Positions 22,521 through 35,300 of a DNA stretch of 48,113 nucleotides are shown here, in pieces. The translations under genes and the position numbers were made by a program. Under the pieces are notes generated by a model, which saw only the letters and a program-made list of their open reading frames with translations, was not told the origin of the DNA and did not search any database. Position 1 is the first letter of the stretch, and every line of letters begins with the position of its first letter. Source of the DNA: Phoronis australis (taxonomy: Eukaryota; Animalia; Phoronida); assembly GCA_002633005.1 (NCBI GenBank), contig NMRA01000035.1, positions 785,888 to 834,000 of the forward strand, written 5' to 3'.

Positions 22521-25238
22521 GAGTAATACAGTACTTTATCATACCAAATAGAGAGCATATGGGACAACATATGGTAAAATGACACCAAATGAAAGTAATT
22601 GCTAAACTAGACCTTTGTTCATTTTTCAAAGGCTATAATGTCTGATGGTTAAAACTAGTCACAGATCTTAAAAATGGAAAGCAATTAATTGGTGCCTACC
22701 TATCTTTTAAGAAACATTAGGCAGAGAAATTAAAGTATGAAAACAATAATTGGTTCCAAAAACGGCGATTTGAGATATTTAGGGTTGCTGTTCATGTTTC
22801 AATGAAAGTAAATGATGTCCACGCCATGATCATGTAGAGATTTTACCGCCGGACAGTATCCCATTCATATACGATACACCTGAATGGCATACGATCGTGA
22901 TATGATGTATCGAAACATTTTTGTCCTCTGAGATGTTGTCTTGCGTGGCCTTTTTCAACGTAATGGAAATCATAAATTTGTTATCAGTGATTTTACTTCG
23001 TTGAATTAATTCTTCTTTTTATCGTCTCCTCTACAAAAAGTTTTACTAGGAGGACATTATTTTGCATTTTAGCCTTATCTTTCTTATATTTTGGATTTGA
23101 GTGCACAAATTTTTATTTTAGCACGAAAGGGGTTCAACAGTCGTCATGTCTCGTTTACACTTTTGTCATCAAGGATTATTTAAACCTTTCGGACGTTGTA
23201 TCTCTCCAGCGATAACAATTAGTATTCTAGACATTGTTTTCAATAAATTTCCAAGATTGTTTCCAGTGGCTGTAAAAACAAATACTTGAAAACCATTGTG
23301 TTGGTTCATGCTTAGCCTGTGATGAAACCCGTTGTTGAGCGATTTGGTCAGACGTAATTGAAGTGTCTTTAATATCGTTTTTACAAAAACCGATTAAGGG
23401 AATGAATGTAGATACTCCCAATTTCACAAAAGGTCCTTCATAAAGGCAACGTAACCTTTTAAGGTTAATCAACAGTGTAATAATACTGTGTTTAAATAGA
23501 ATGAAAGTTCATGAGGATATTTTGCATATTTTTGATGGCAGTTGATTAATCCAAGTTACTTACTATAAATCATTTGCAGTATCGAAAAATGTAACCTACT
23601 GCCATTTTCCAGGAACTCCAGTGAATACTTTGAAATGGAACTACCGTTTCAACTACACGGCGATAACTAACAAAGTTACAAACGTTTAGCTATCAATGTT
23701 GAATTGCGAAGCGTTCGGGGTTTAAAAATATTAACAGGCTCCTTCGATCTTGAATTGTTGCCCCATGAGTTGAGAACAAAACTTAATAATGGTAAGAAAA
23801 ACCGCAATTAAAGAAAAAGGCAAATTTATCACAAACACATAAAGAGTCCACATGTAACCACACATTTCAAAACTCTCACTTTAGAGGACTCTTTGCTGAG
23901 CTTTTTTCCGTCCTTGCCCCGGCAACTTTTTTTTTTTTTTGCTCATCGAAATGGACAATTGTTGACTGTCACACTCCAAACACCCTTTTCCGAGAAGCTG
24001 CGACCTGACCATCTAGAAGGCCAGCATCACTATGCTATTTGTGGTGTTTGCCTGATATCAGTTTTCAAAACAAAAATAACGTCGACTTAACACATGTTAT
24101 AAAAGCCGAGTACTTACTGGGTGATGGATCCACAGAAGCTGTCAAGATAATCTGTGAATGGCATTCTCACTTGTTCAGGTACTCCACACAATCTATTATT
24201 TAAATCTCGTAGTAGTAGTAGTAGCTGTATTAAGGTTCCGTATTTCGCAGTAGTAATCGCAGTAATAATCGCACGTCTCTCTCGCCTCAATAGCAGTGGT
24301 TTTCTGATTCGAATAACAATATTCAGTTGAATCCCATTGGCGGGAAATACAAAAGTCACGTGACAAGAGACTTAGCGCACCCACTCTCCGTTGGACAGTG
24401 CAAACCATAGTTACCTGTTGCGAAGTCTGCATGAGCGCAAACCAACTATCGACTTAGGTTCTCAGCATGCGTACCACCTGAACAGGTTCTTTTCCATCGA
24501 GTTCCCGCTGTGAAACTAAACCGTCACAAAAGGCCTCAAGGGAAGGGGGTGCAATTAATTGAGCCCATTCCTTGATGACTTACAAATTCACGTTGAGCTT
24601 CATTCACGTGTCAGATCGCTTGTGGGTGCCGCGGTTATTTACACAGCACATAAATTATATACCTGTATAAGGCGGGGTGAGGAGTTGGGCAGGAGCAGTA
24701 GCAGCAAAGGGGGGAAACGTTGGACAAGGAAAGAAGACGGTTGGCAAAGAAGTTCATTCCAATCGTGAAGAATATCAGGTGTGCGAACTTTAAAAAAAAG
24801 TATTTCATGAAGACACACCGTTGGTAATAAATTTTCCCTACGCTTTAACTGTGGATTTTCTTATTATTATTAACTGCCATTCCACGAGGTGGGCTCTAGG
24901 GTCACCGCCTTAGATCTTGAAAAATGTGCGTTTATTCATCCTGAGATATGTTCAAAAGGTTTATTTCAAATTATCCGGTCAGTATTTTTAAGGTGGGAAT
25001 CATCAATGTTTTGGCCCAAAATAGCCCATCTTTGGTTCAAATATGTTCAATAAGTAAAGCGGCTTTAAATAAAACTGTTCAAATGAAAGTTTATGAAAAA
25101 ATGTTTTATAAAATTTTTGTAAAAACTGAGCCTCTGTATCAGACGACAGTCTTTGCATTTTCAAACGGGTTTCCGTTAATCTTAATTCGAGCGCCAAAAT
25201 GCGCTAAGTTTTGCATTATTACATGTAGCACTTTAATT

Positions 25239-25912
25239 CAGGGGCGGATCTAGGATTTTGAGTTAGGGGGGGGGGCAGGGCACAGGAATGAATTTCGGAA
25301 GACGCGTGCGCCCAGCTTAAAATACGGGGATGTAAGGGTATCGAAATTTTTGGGTCCGTGTTAAAATGTCTAAGCCCTTGGTAAAATTCAACTTTGCAGT
25401 GTTCAGTACACAAAAGGTGACTGTATTATTCAAAATTCTCCACTCGTCATGACTACTACACACATGTCAATCAATACGGGCATTACGTGTTTGCTACAGA
25501 ATTTTGGCGTTTCTGTAGTTATACGACTTAGCCCCAAAATGTTACGTATTTTCGGTAATTATAACGCATTTTTCGCAATGATCATAATTAAGTTTTCAAA
25601 CCTTCGTATTGGTTTTACTAGACGGGTAACCCGTCTATAGATAAGCAATGGCGGATTTAGGGGGGGCATGGCTCCCCCTAGAATTCTCCCAGATACCATT
25701 TGGCAGTTTGGGGTGTGAATTGCTGACTAGCACATGCGCGTACCCGATGGCTCGGGGAGCGAATGCACAATGCATTGGCCTAGAACACACCCCGTATAAA
25801 GGTCCACAAACCCAAAAATTCGATACCCCTGCATCCCTACATTTTAGGCTGGGCGAGCGCATGTGACGAAATTCTGGTTATTCATGCCGGCGCCCTGTCC
25901 CCCCCGCCCCTG
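25239..25912. mobile_element. Fragments of GC-rich MITEs with CAGGGGCGGATC-type termini
   Basis: CAGGGGCGGATCTAGGATTTT..G-run at 25239 and CAATGGCGGATTTAGGGGGGGC at 25646. Partner ends are not clearly found. Confidence 0.45.
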
Positions 25913-28718
25913 ATAATTATTTACGGCTTTTCCTGGTAATCTCTTTTGTCGCAATAATTTCATATCACTAGCCGTGGTCGACAGGACCAAATGAGTTATC
26001 AACTAGTACCACATCACTCACAGTTACTAGATGTAAGAGTCTCAAACAAGCAAGTTGGTACATGAAACGCATTTTGACACTTTCACAATATCTCAACTCG
26101 TTTTCGTAAGTGCTATGGTTGGCTCTGGTAAGAGCAAAAATGATTGACACGTATGAAACTATACCCTAGGCTATGTCTAAACGCATTGAGACTGTCACAT
26201 TAGATTAACTCGATTCAGCTGGGTGTGTCAAGAAATCTGTGCTTTCTTATTTCACTCCTTTCACGTGTTGTTATTTAGTCTCAGGACTCTTGTTTACCTC
26301 AAATAATCATCTGTTTCCGTGCTAAGAATTTGCTGATGGGACCTCAGCTCACGGTATACCTGTTTGGCCGTGTGTCCAACAAGGCTGAAAGAGGCTTACG
26401 CGACACAACACGGAAAGCTGAGAAAACAATATATACATTTTTTTGAAGGATCGAGTAAACGTTTATCCCCTGAATGTGGATTCCAAAGATGAGAATCTTC
26501 ACTGTATACTTTTTCCAAGTTAGATGTTGACGCGAATAGAACAGTTAAAACATTTTCACTGTGGCTAATATCAACTCATGAATACAAGCTTTTCCTTGTT
26601 TTATTACCCAAAATTACAGTAACAACACTAAAGAAATTTCTTTCTACAGAACTTGGCAAGAATTCGTACATGAAGAAACTCAACATGTTACTTATAGAAA
26701 ATGGGTAACAACGACTTCACTTATTGAAGCACTCGCGTCAAAGATACCTTTGTACATGAGGTTTCATTGGATCACAATGCAGTCATCTGGATCAACGCCC
26801 TGGGTGCTAATTGGAGAACTACAAAATCAGGGGGGGGGGGGTGAATTAAGGCCATCACTTGGGATTACAAAAAACATTTCGCAGTTGAGAGTGGGTGTTC
26901 CTGAAATGGTCGTCACTTCAAGTAAACATGTAAGAGTAAGAGTAGAATAAAAAAAATTTGTAGGAGATTATTACGCAGTTGGGCATCAAAAAGAACATGG
27001 CGTCAACACAGATGACTACACTATTAACAACTTTATAAGACAAATACAAAGGCTATTATCTCAAAATACTTTACAAATACAGAACTAAAAGAAACGAAAA
27101 CTTTCGCTTTTGTTCCAATCCATCATCAGAGAACAAATCATACGATGCAGTTGGCATGGGAGGAATTCTGTACATCTACATGGACCAAATAGTATTATCA
27201 ACTTAACTATTAAGTTCAGGAGTCATCGATGACTATTTGTAAACAAAAAACACTATGCATAGGGTGTTCCAAACATAAAAATACTATGAAATAACTATTT
27301 TGTATTCCAGGGAAGCTATGTTTTCTTTTGAAAGGCAAAGGTTATTAAAAATTCCACAGTTGATTTTAATATTACAGAAATGGTGAACGGATTTTTCAGA
27401 CTTGGCACAGCAGACTCACTTGCAGCCTTCACGAATGAGAACTTCTCAATAAGTTAATTCAACCCATGTTCAAATCAAACACAATTCCCATTGCAAAAGT
27501 GTACACAATTTAGTTAGTTGTTCTCCACCTTGGCACATTAAGCTTTGTTGAAAATACCTCTGATTTGCGGCTACACAACTGGTTGCTTGTGATACCAAAA
27601 ACTGATATTTTTGCTCTCTGCAATAGGAGTCAAATGAGAAACTTTTAAAACCTTGCAAAGTGCAAACAAACTTTGAAATTCTTGGTACTAATGTTTTGGA
27701 ATATTTTTGTAAACACTTTTGGAACACCCAGTATACTCTAAATACTAATCAATTTCATTGTCAAAATTATTGTTCCTTTGGCATTGATGCTATGGCAAGA
27801 TACAGACTTTATAAAATAAACAGCTTTGCTAAAGTGCATCACCTGCGCCTTTCATAAAACAATAACAATCTTTTACACTGGATTTCTGCATATAGTGAAG
27901 AGTCACTTCTAACAGATTTTCGGGCCACAACAAATGCCTCAAAATTTAAAAAAAGCAGAGCAAGTTACAAATAAATTGTTCATAATATGCCTAATTGCTT
28001 TTCTTAATACCAAGACACAAAGAATATCAAAAATACATATTACACAATCTAAATAGGTATAAACATTGAGTATTGACAGGTACCATATATTAGGAACGCA
28101 TTCATATGCATTCATAGCTAGAAATAATAAAACTGTTTCTAGACCCAGGAGTACTGAATCAAAACAGCTCTACGAGTAAAACCGACTGACAGGCAAAACT
28201 TTACCTAAACATCAGAACAGTTTTGTTAAAATATGCAAATGAATGGGGGTTTGTTGCATAGCTTAACTTCGTCCAATAAGTCAGAGTAGAAAACTGTCTT
28301 ACGCCACTGACTTTGGCAAGGGAAGACAAAAACAACTTTCCTTCACCAGGCAAGACACCTTGACATTAACCATTTGAAAGTACCATACCAGTCTACAGGT
28401 ACAATAAGTTATAACTATGTCGCTGCTTTTCTAATGACAAGGAAGACTGCGAAATTGACTGGCAACCAGATCTGACAATCAAAAATGCCATAGAAATGTG
28501 TACAATTTATACTCGACAAGTACACACTTTATGAGTATTTTCAAACGAGTAGCACCTTCATGAAACAATAAACGACTCCTTTGTCTAGGCTTGCATTAAC
28601 AAAGCAACTGCCAACTAGTCTACTTGACTAGATGTGACACTAGGTCTTTACTATTCTCCAAAGCGCTCCACATTTCAATTCAGGAAACAAAGAGCAATAA
28701 CACAATATTTAACAAAAT

Positions 28719-29338
28719 CTAAACTAGACTTGAACAGTCACTCTCATCACTCATTTGAACCACAGTCACATCTGCCTCTGTTGGATAACTGGCGCGTCTT
28801 CTCGCATGATATGAACTACCAAGTTCCATATCATGCACGAATCCCTTGTTATCGTGCTGCTGCGTATCGGGAAACGAGCCTACATCCTCAGCCTGACTTG
28901 CACAGTCCAACGAGTCCGCTGTCCCTGGCACTAGCGTACTCGCGGTAAACATGGCTGCCAGCTTCTGCAACTGCTCCGCATTGGGAGCTTGCAGAGCCAC
29001 CTGGCTGTAGTCAATGGACAAAGAAGAGACGCTCCCCTGTTTGTCAATGGAGAACCGTATGCTCTGTGCTGATGCATTACTGATGACTGACCCAACACTT
29101 GCCCGACGAACAGCACCATTCTTAGATTTTGGCGGAAGCACCACACCATGACGTCGAGTCCTCAAGAGGGCGCTGTTGTTATTGCGCTGCGTGAATGCCG
29201 CAGGAACTATGCCCACTTTGTTGTTCTTGCGCTTCTTTTTCTTTTTTTTCTTCTTTTCAGGTTTTGCCTTCTCCTCAGCTTGAGATTCTATCGACAGTCT
29301 TCGCTGGTTTTGATTGAACGATTTTATGGACTGGATAT
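28719..29338 (-). CDS. smo: smo last coding exon: basic cluster and distal C-tail
   Basis: CAG|[45 protein letters not shown]...SDCSSLV*, 620 nt, in frame with ORF 28719-29216. Confidence 0.9.
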
Positions 29339-32300
29339 CTGAAACATCAAACTATATCTTAGAATTCCACATAACTAACAACGGAATACTGAATATGTCC
29401 ACACCTAATCAAATATGCATTTCAAAAAAGCTGAAATGAAGAAAATGGTATCATTGAACAAACATGTCAAACAAGGAGGAAGAATCTAATTATCAGAGAA
29501 ATAAAATAGACAATCTCATGCCAAAGCAAAATGCCTCTTTTTTAATACTAAAGCAAGAAAACGGAAAAACAATCGAAAACCTTAGCCGTGAAAGCTCAGA
29601 TATTTCCACGAAAAACACTTGAATGACACATATAACAACCGTGGATTACCTGAATCCGAGTACCTCCTCAGTGTGCCCGCGACAGGCAGGGCCATGCCCC
29701 CTCTCCGCCTGACTAGTTTGGGGATGGCCTGTGCCCAAGCTGAAGACATTTCATTAGAGGTGACACTGTTCAGTTCAACTTTCATGCCTGAAATGTGCAA
29801 CCATTCCAGTGAATCAGTTTGTGAAGTTCTTTATTCAGTGGCTTTGTAAACACTTGTGAATTACTGGAGAATTCCTGTTAAGGTAACTGAGAAACGCGTA
29901 GGAATAATGATAAAATTTGGCTTATTTTTGGATAACAATATCTCTGACAAAATCGAGGAGCCAATAAACGGAAAATTTGCAAGCGGCATGGATAGCCAAT
30001 GCCTCCAATGGTTACGTGGTAAAGTTTACCGTGTAGATAACATGGGCGGCGCTCCTTAGGGGGCTGGGGGGCTGTAGCCCCCACTTTTTTCAGTGCTACG
30101 CCGCACATGGTCTATAGGTGGTGCACCACAGGGGGGCTGAGGGGGCTTTAGCCCCCCACTTTTTTCAGTGCTGCGCCGCCCATGGATAAGTCAAAAACAC
30201 CATGAAATAAACAATGTATTGTGTCTGATAAAACCTCATTTTTGTTTGACACTCACTTATACTGCTTCTTTGGGGAAATCCAAAAACTGTAGAAACTTGT
30301 AGTTGGCTCCAAAATGGTCTATATTTATATATTTCCATTGTGGGTGTCTGTTTGCAGTAAGCCGTGGGTTGGCCTCTCAACAACATAAATAAGAGTAATA
30401 GTAGTCTTAGAATGTGTTTGCATTACCCCCCAACAAAATCTCATTGATATCGCCAGCAGAGCGACCATGACCAAACTCACCCAAAGGATCATCATGTGTA
30501 CTGGCAAAACTTAGAGACAATCTCTTGCCAGCTGTGTTCATCCTTTTGTTGAATGCCTTGGCGATGACTTTGTGCTTCTTTAGCTGGACAGGCTTAGGAT
30601 CAGGTTTCTTACAAACTCTGAAATGGACAATTAACACAACTTACGTTCCTTTACATTTCAAACTAATAATGCCACCACCTTTAAGACTGCAAAGCTCGCT
30701 TCTTACAGCCCGATGCTCAAATAACACTTTGATTCAAAACATACCAGCATAGAGCCATAAATAAAATTAGCCCCCCCCTCGTAAAAATACATTTTGTATT
30801 CAGAGCAGGGTCTTGCACTGCTGTTGGCTACTGACCTGGGTATGTAAATAAGCAAACAGTAACAGCAGAGTCTGGCAGCAAACTGGGTTTGCATGCTGTA
30901 CATGTAAATAGAGAAATCAGATACTTCATGAGTGAAGTGCCGGCTTGTCTAACCAAACCACGAAACAGTGTACAAAGCAGGTTTTCTAGTAGTGGTTGCA
31001 AGTTCAACCCCAATATAATAAACATTCTGCAGATACAACATTCTCCAATTATAGAAACACCACAACTCTGTCTGGTCCAAAGCTTAATGGCCAATTTCCT
31101 TAAATAAAATCTCTCGTGGCAACTCAAAACAGGATTGATTTAATTTCAACCGACTGCGTTTAATTATGTAACATTGATTTCGGGCAGCGATAAGCTGTAG
31201 TATGACCCCACTCCTAATGTTAAAATTTAAGACTAATATGGCTTAACTACCTAAACCATCAACAATGGCATGTTGATGACCAAATCAGTCTCGTATTTCG
31301 TTTTAAGTTACGACTACGAACCTTTGTTTGTAACTTAAGATATTTTCCTCAGGCAGAAAACTAAATCAGCCATAGTCACTAGGGCCATACATCTGGATAA
31401 GACAGGCAATTTGCAAACTGAGCCGAACTGCATAATTGGTCATGCAGTTCAGTAAAACGAATCTGGCAAGAAATGTTAAGTGATTACCATAACAAGATGG
31501 GCTCAGACACCCGACAAAATATAATATACGCATGACACCAATGCAACCTACTTTCTATAGAAGCGGACCCAGGCATCCACGGAGGCCTTGTTCCACACCC
31601 ACGAGCTCATAACAATGCCAGCAGCAAAGTAAGAGAAGATATGGATCTGTATGGCAGCCAAGCTGGGGCGGTTCTCAATATGACACGTCAGCGTTTGGTT
31701 GGACAGCGACTTGGCAACTGTCACGTTCGCTTCACATCTATGGATAAAGGGGGCCATTAAACCTCGTTGCTGAAGTTATGCGCAGAACAAGATATTTTGT
31801 TCAATAAGTGGCAAATACATAAACACTGTACTTTATGATTAACTCTACGTTCACAACAAATGCCAGTAGTTACAGCTCACACACAAGACTAATGCGACTT
31901 TCAGGTTATGACATGCATGAGTTTCAATGAGATTTGTTTTATTCAGATTTTGCACCTGTAAGAACTAAGACAAGTTCCGACATTAGAGGAATTAACGCTT
32001 TTAGATTTCCACCATTTGTACTATATGGCCAGGGTGACGCTTAAAGAGAATATTTTGACGAGTTGAAAAATCTCCTGTTTGTTTTTGCTCTACACAAGTG
32101 CTTTCAATAAAACTTAAACGATGCTGTTTTGTTAACTATGGAGTACTCACATGACAAAATCCTTGAAACTTTGTTGCCAGGCACTTTCGTTTGAAAATAT
32201 ATACAGGTGAACAGTGAAGGTCACGACAGCGAAAATGAAGGCAAACAATGCGAACAAACCTGGAAATAAATCGCTGACATTAGGATACATTGTGAATACA

Positions 32301-35300
32301 TATAAGTCACAAAGACACTGTGGTTGTAAGTTGTATAACTGCAAGCTAATACTTATATCATACACCACCCAGATATCACTTCCACATCATATCCAGGCTC
32401 TCATTCACTCCCTTGCATACAATTACTGCTAAGACTGAGCTCACATGAGTAGAAGACACCTTTGTGCAACATTCAATTTTCTGCCAGTAAAGCCAGGATT
32501 CGAACCTGGGTCTCCCATACAAAAGTCCCGAGCTCAAACCACTGAGTCACATTGTCTCCTCCATTATACAGTGACTTACAACATAAAACAGATTCCTTAG
32601 TGCACATAAATAATTTTCACAAAATGGATCAACGTGATTTTTTTTCAATATTTAGAACTATTTTTGCCTACTTCAAAAATATCTTGAATTGACTTTTTAT
32701 GTTTAACATAAAAGACAATGCCTAAAGGCACACTTACCAATTCTAAAAATTGTTGTTTTTATTTTATTGGACGCTCTCATGCTTATCAACCCTGGACTGT
32801 CATGACGTATTTTGCACAAAGTGTAAAGTCCTGAAAGCACAAATTACATACAACATTGGCAATTTCAGCTTGTCCCATGCAAAACTTAACCTTTAAAAGC
32901 ATGTTACAATCCCATCAAACATCGTATATAAACTAACTAAGGGCATTTACACTTTTTAAAACAAATCTCAGAGATGTTGATGAAATTTTAACCAGCATTA
33001 ACTTGTTATAATGACACGCCTTCCTCACAAGTAGTATCATTTGAAAGTGCTCTACTTTACATGGTTTTGTTAGACGCTACAAAAATGTCCAAACTAGGGT
33101 AACTTCGAAATGTCGTATCTCAGAAATGGCTGATTGGATTCATACGAGATTTCCAATACTGTTTTATGTGTTGTTCTCCAAATCGTTATTAAAAATAGTT
33201 TTTCACTTTTGCAAGATGGACAATTAAAAATAGGATTTTTATGCCTTTTGTGAGAAAAAAATTAAAAACTGCATGAAATCAAACCAAATGATAATCTAGA
33301 AAACTACAACTTAACAGCGTTTTTGAGACTTCATCTTGGACATCAATATCAAACAAAATTTGGCATTCTTATTGATGTTGCTCGTGTGCTAGGAGTATTT
33401 TTGTTGCTATAAATTTCACTAAATAGACATGGTCACCTTACCCAATCTATGGAATGTCGGCATAAAGACAAAAATTAAAATCTACCATCTTTCTACATTC
33501 AGAAAATATTTATACTTTTAGAGAATTTTACTTGTCATAGTTTTGTAAAATGCACAGACTTGTCAATCACGACCTAAATAACCTTTATGAAGGTTAAATT
33601 ATAAAAAGCTGCTCTCTCTAAAAAGTAACGTTTGACAGACCAAGTACTATTATAAAACTGGTTTCAACTCGCTCCTTATTCATCTTGCTCCTTGCTCCTA
33701 GCACGCTGCATAAAATGATCCGTCAGGTTTAGCCAACTTGATATGCTAGGTCTCAACCAATAACGAGGTCACTTCCCCCGAAGTCCAGATATAAGTTCTA
33801 CTCCAAGTCGACACAAAAGTTATTTTACTGATGAAGGCGAGTTCCCAGAAACTTTAAATAATTAAAACAGTGACGAATTAAATAAAAAAATGTTTACAAG
33901 ATGGAAAACTGAAGATGTAAATCATGACTACTCATGTGGCATACCTTTGACGAGAAAGGCTAACCCGACTAATATAACAGCACCAATAGGTAGCAGCACT
34001 AGGAATCCCCGAGACATGTGGTTGACGTAACCAACAAAACAAATTCCACTGACTGAATCTCCATCAATCTGAAATGAAATTGTGGTCAACTGAAGATAAT
34101 ACTTCTACTTAATAATAAATTTCACAATTACAATATAATACGACAATACAGAAGTAGTGATAATATAATTTATTATTCGAATACATAATAATTTATACCA
34201 TATGCATTGAATCTGTCGACGGAAATACGGCCATGTAATAAAGTTTTGCGTATTCACCTCCCGCACTACTTCAACAGTGACCTCTGAGATGGAAAGTTCA
34301 AAAGGTAAGTCAATGTCGACTCGACATCATTAAGCGGTTCAATCACCCAACTTTCGGAAAATAGCTTAAAGTAATACAATTATAGCAGTGTAAATAACGC
34401 TAAACATACAATCACGTCTCAGTCGTAACATCTGGAACAGGACTGTTAATTATATGACAGTTCTGCCTCAGTTTTCATTTGCTAAATATTGAATCGTCTG
34501 CAACTCAAGCGCCGATTCCTCGGTAACTACAACATCAAATGTTGTTATTTAACTATTTTCAGGAGATGTTACAAGTTCAATGAAAAGTTACCCTTGTTTT
34601 CATCTTTGTTATCTCTTTTCAAGTAATAAATCGTCACATTTAAAACTGTTGCTTTTACTAGAGAAAACTTGCAGCCTAACACGCAAGTACATACATATAG
34701 GATGTGATCCGCCACATGAACAGTCTGAGTGAAATATTTAAAAAATCTGCGGAAAAAGGAAAGAAACTTAGGAATTCGAAGCGTACTTGACATTATTCCG
34801 CATATCAGCCAAAGGTCTCGGTCGATACGCGGAATAATGTCACGTGGGATATTACTTCATGTACGCCACTCTCGGTACATTTTGTGTATACATTTAATAA
34901 TGTTTTGATAAATAGTACTACAGTACATGATACAATATGCGACTGTCAAAACTACAACATACCTGCGAGATAGATAGACATATAATACTGAGGATGAGTG
35001 GCAGACCCCAAGCACTTATGTGGAAGTAGGCAATCTTTCCATTGATGACATCACGCATTGTGCCAAGCGCCTTGAAGGACAGGTGCCAAACATAGGTGAG
35101 AATAACGAACCAGATGACGCCCGCCATCATGGTAAAATAGACTAGGAAGAAAACGACACAGCAGGATCCAGTCTCGTCAGACCTGTACAACAAACGAGTG
35201 TGAGGTCGCGTGAGAGATGAGTCATCGTGGTTCTTAGTAATTCACATGAAGAATTGTGCAATAGGGAAAATGAGGCACAAAATTATCCAGTCACCGTGAG

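Noticed and set aside
26500-28718. smo 3' UTR and polyadenylation site
   Set aside because: A long 3' UTR is likely, but no single poly(A) signal can be picked with confidence from the sequence alone.
32484-32559. tRNA gene
   Set aside because: A and B boxes and a T-arm are present, but there is no complementary acceptor stem or convincing anticodon arm; treated as a SINE head.
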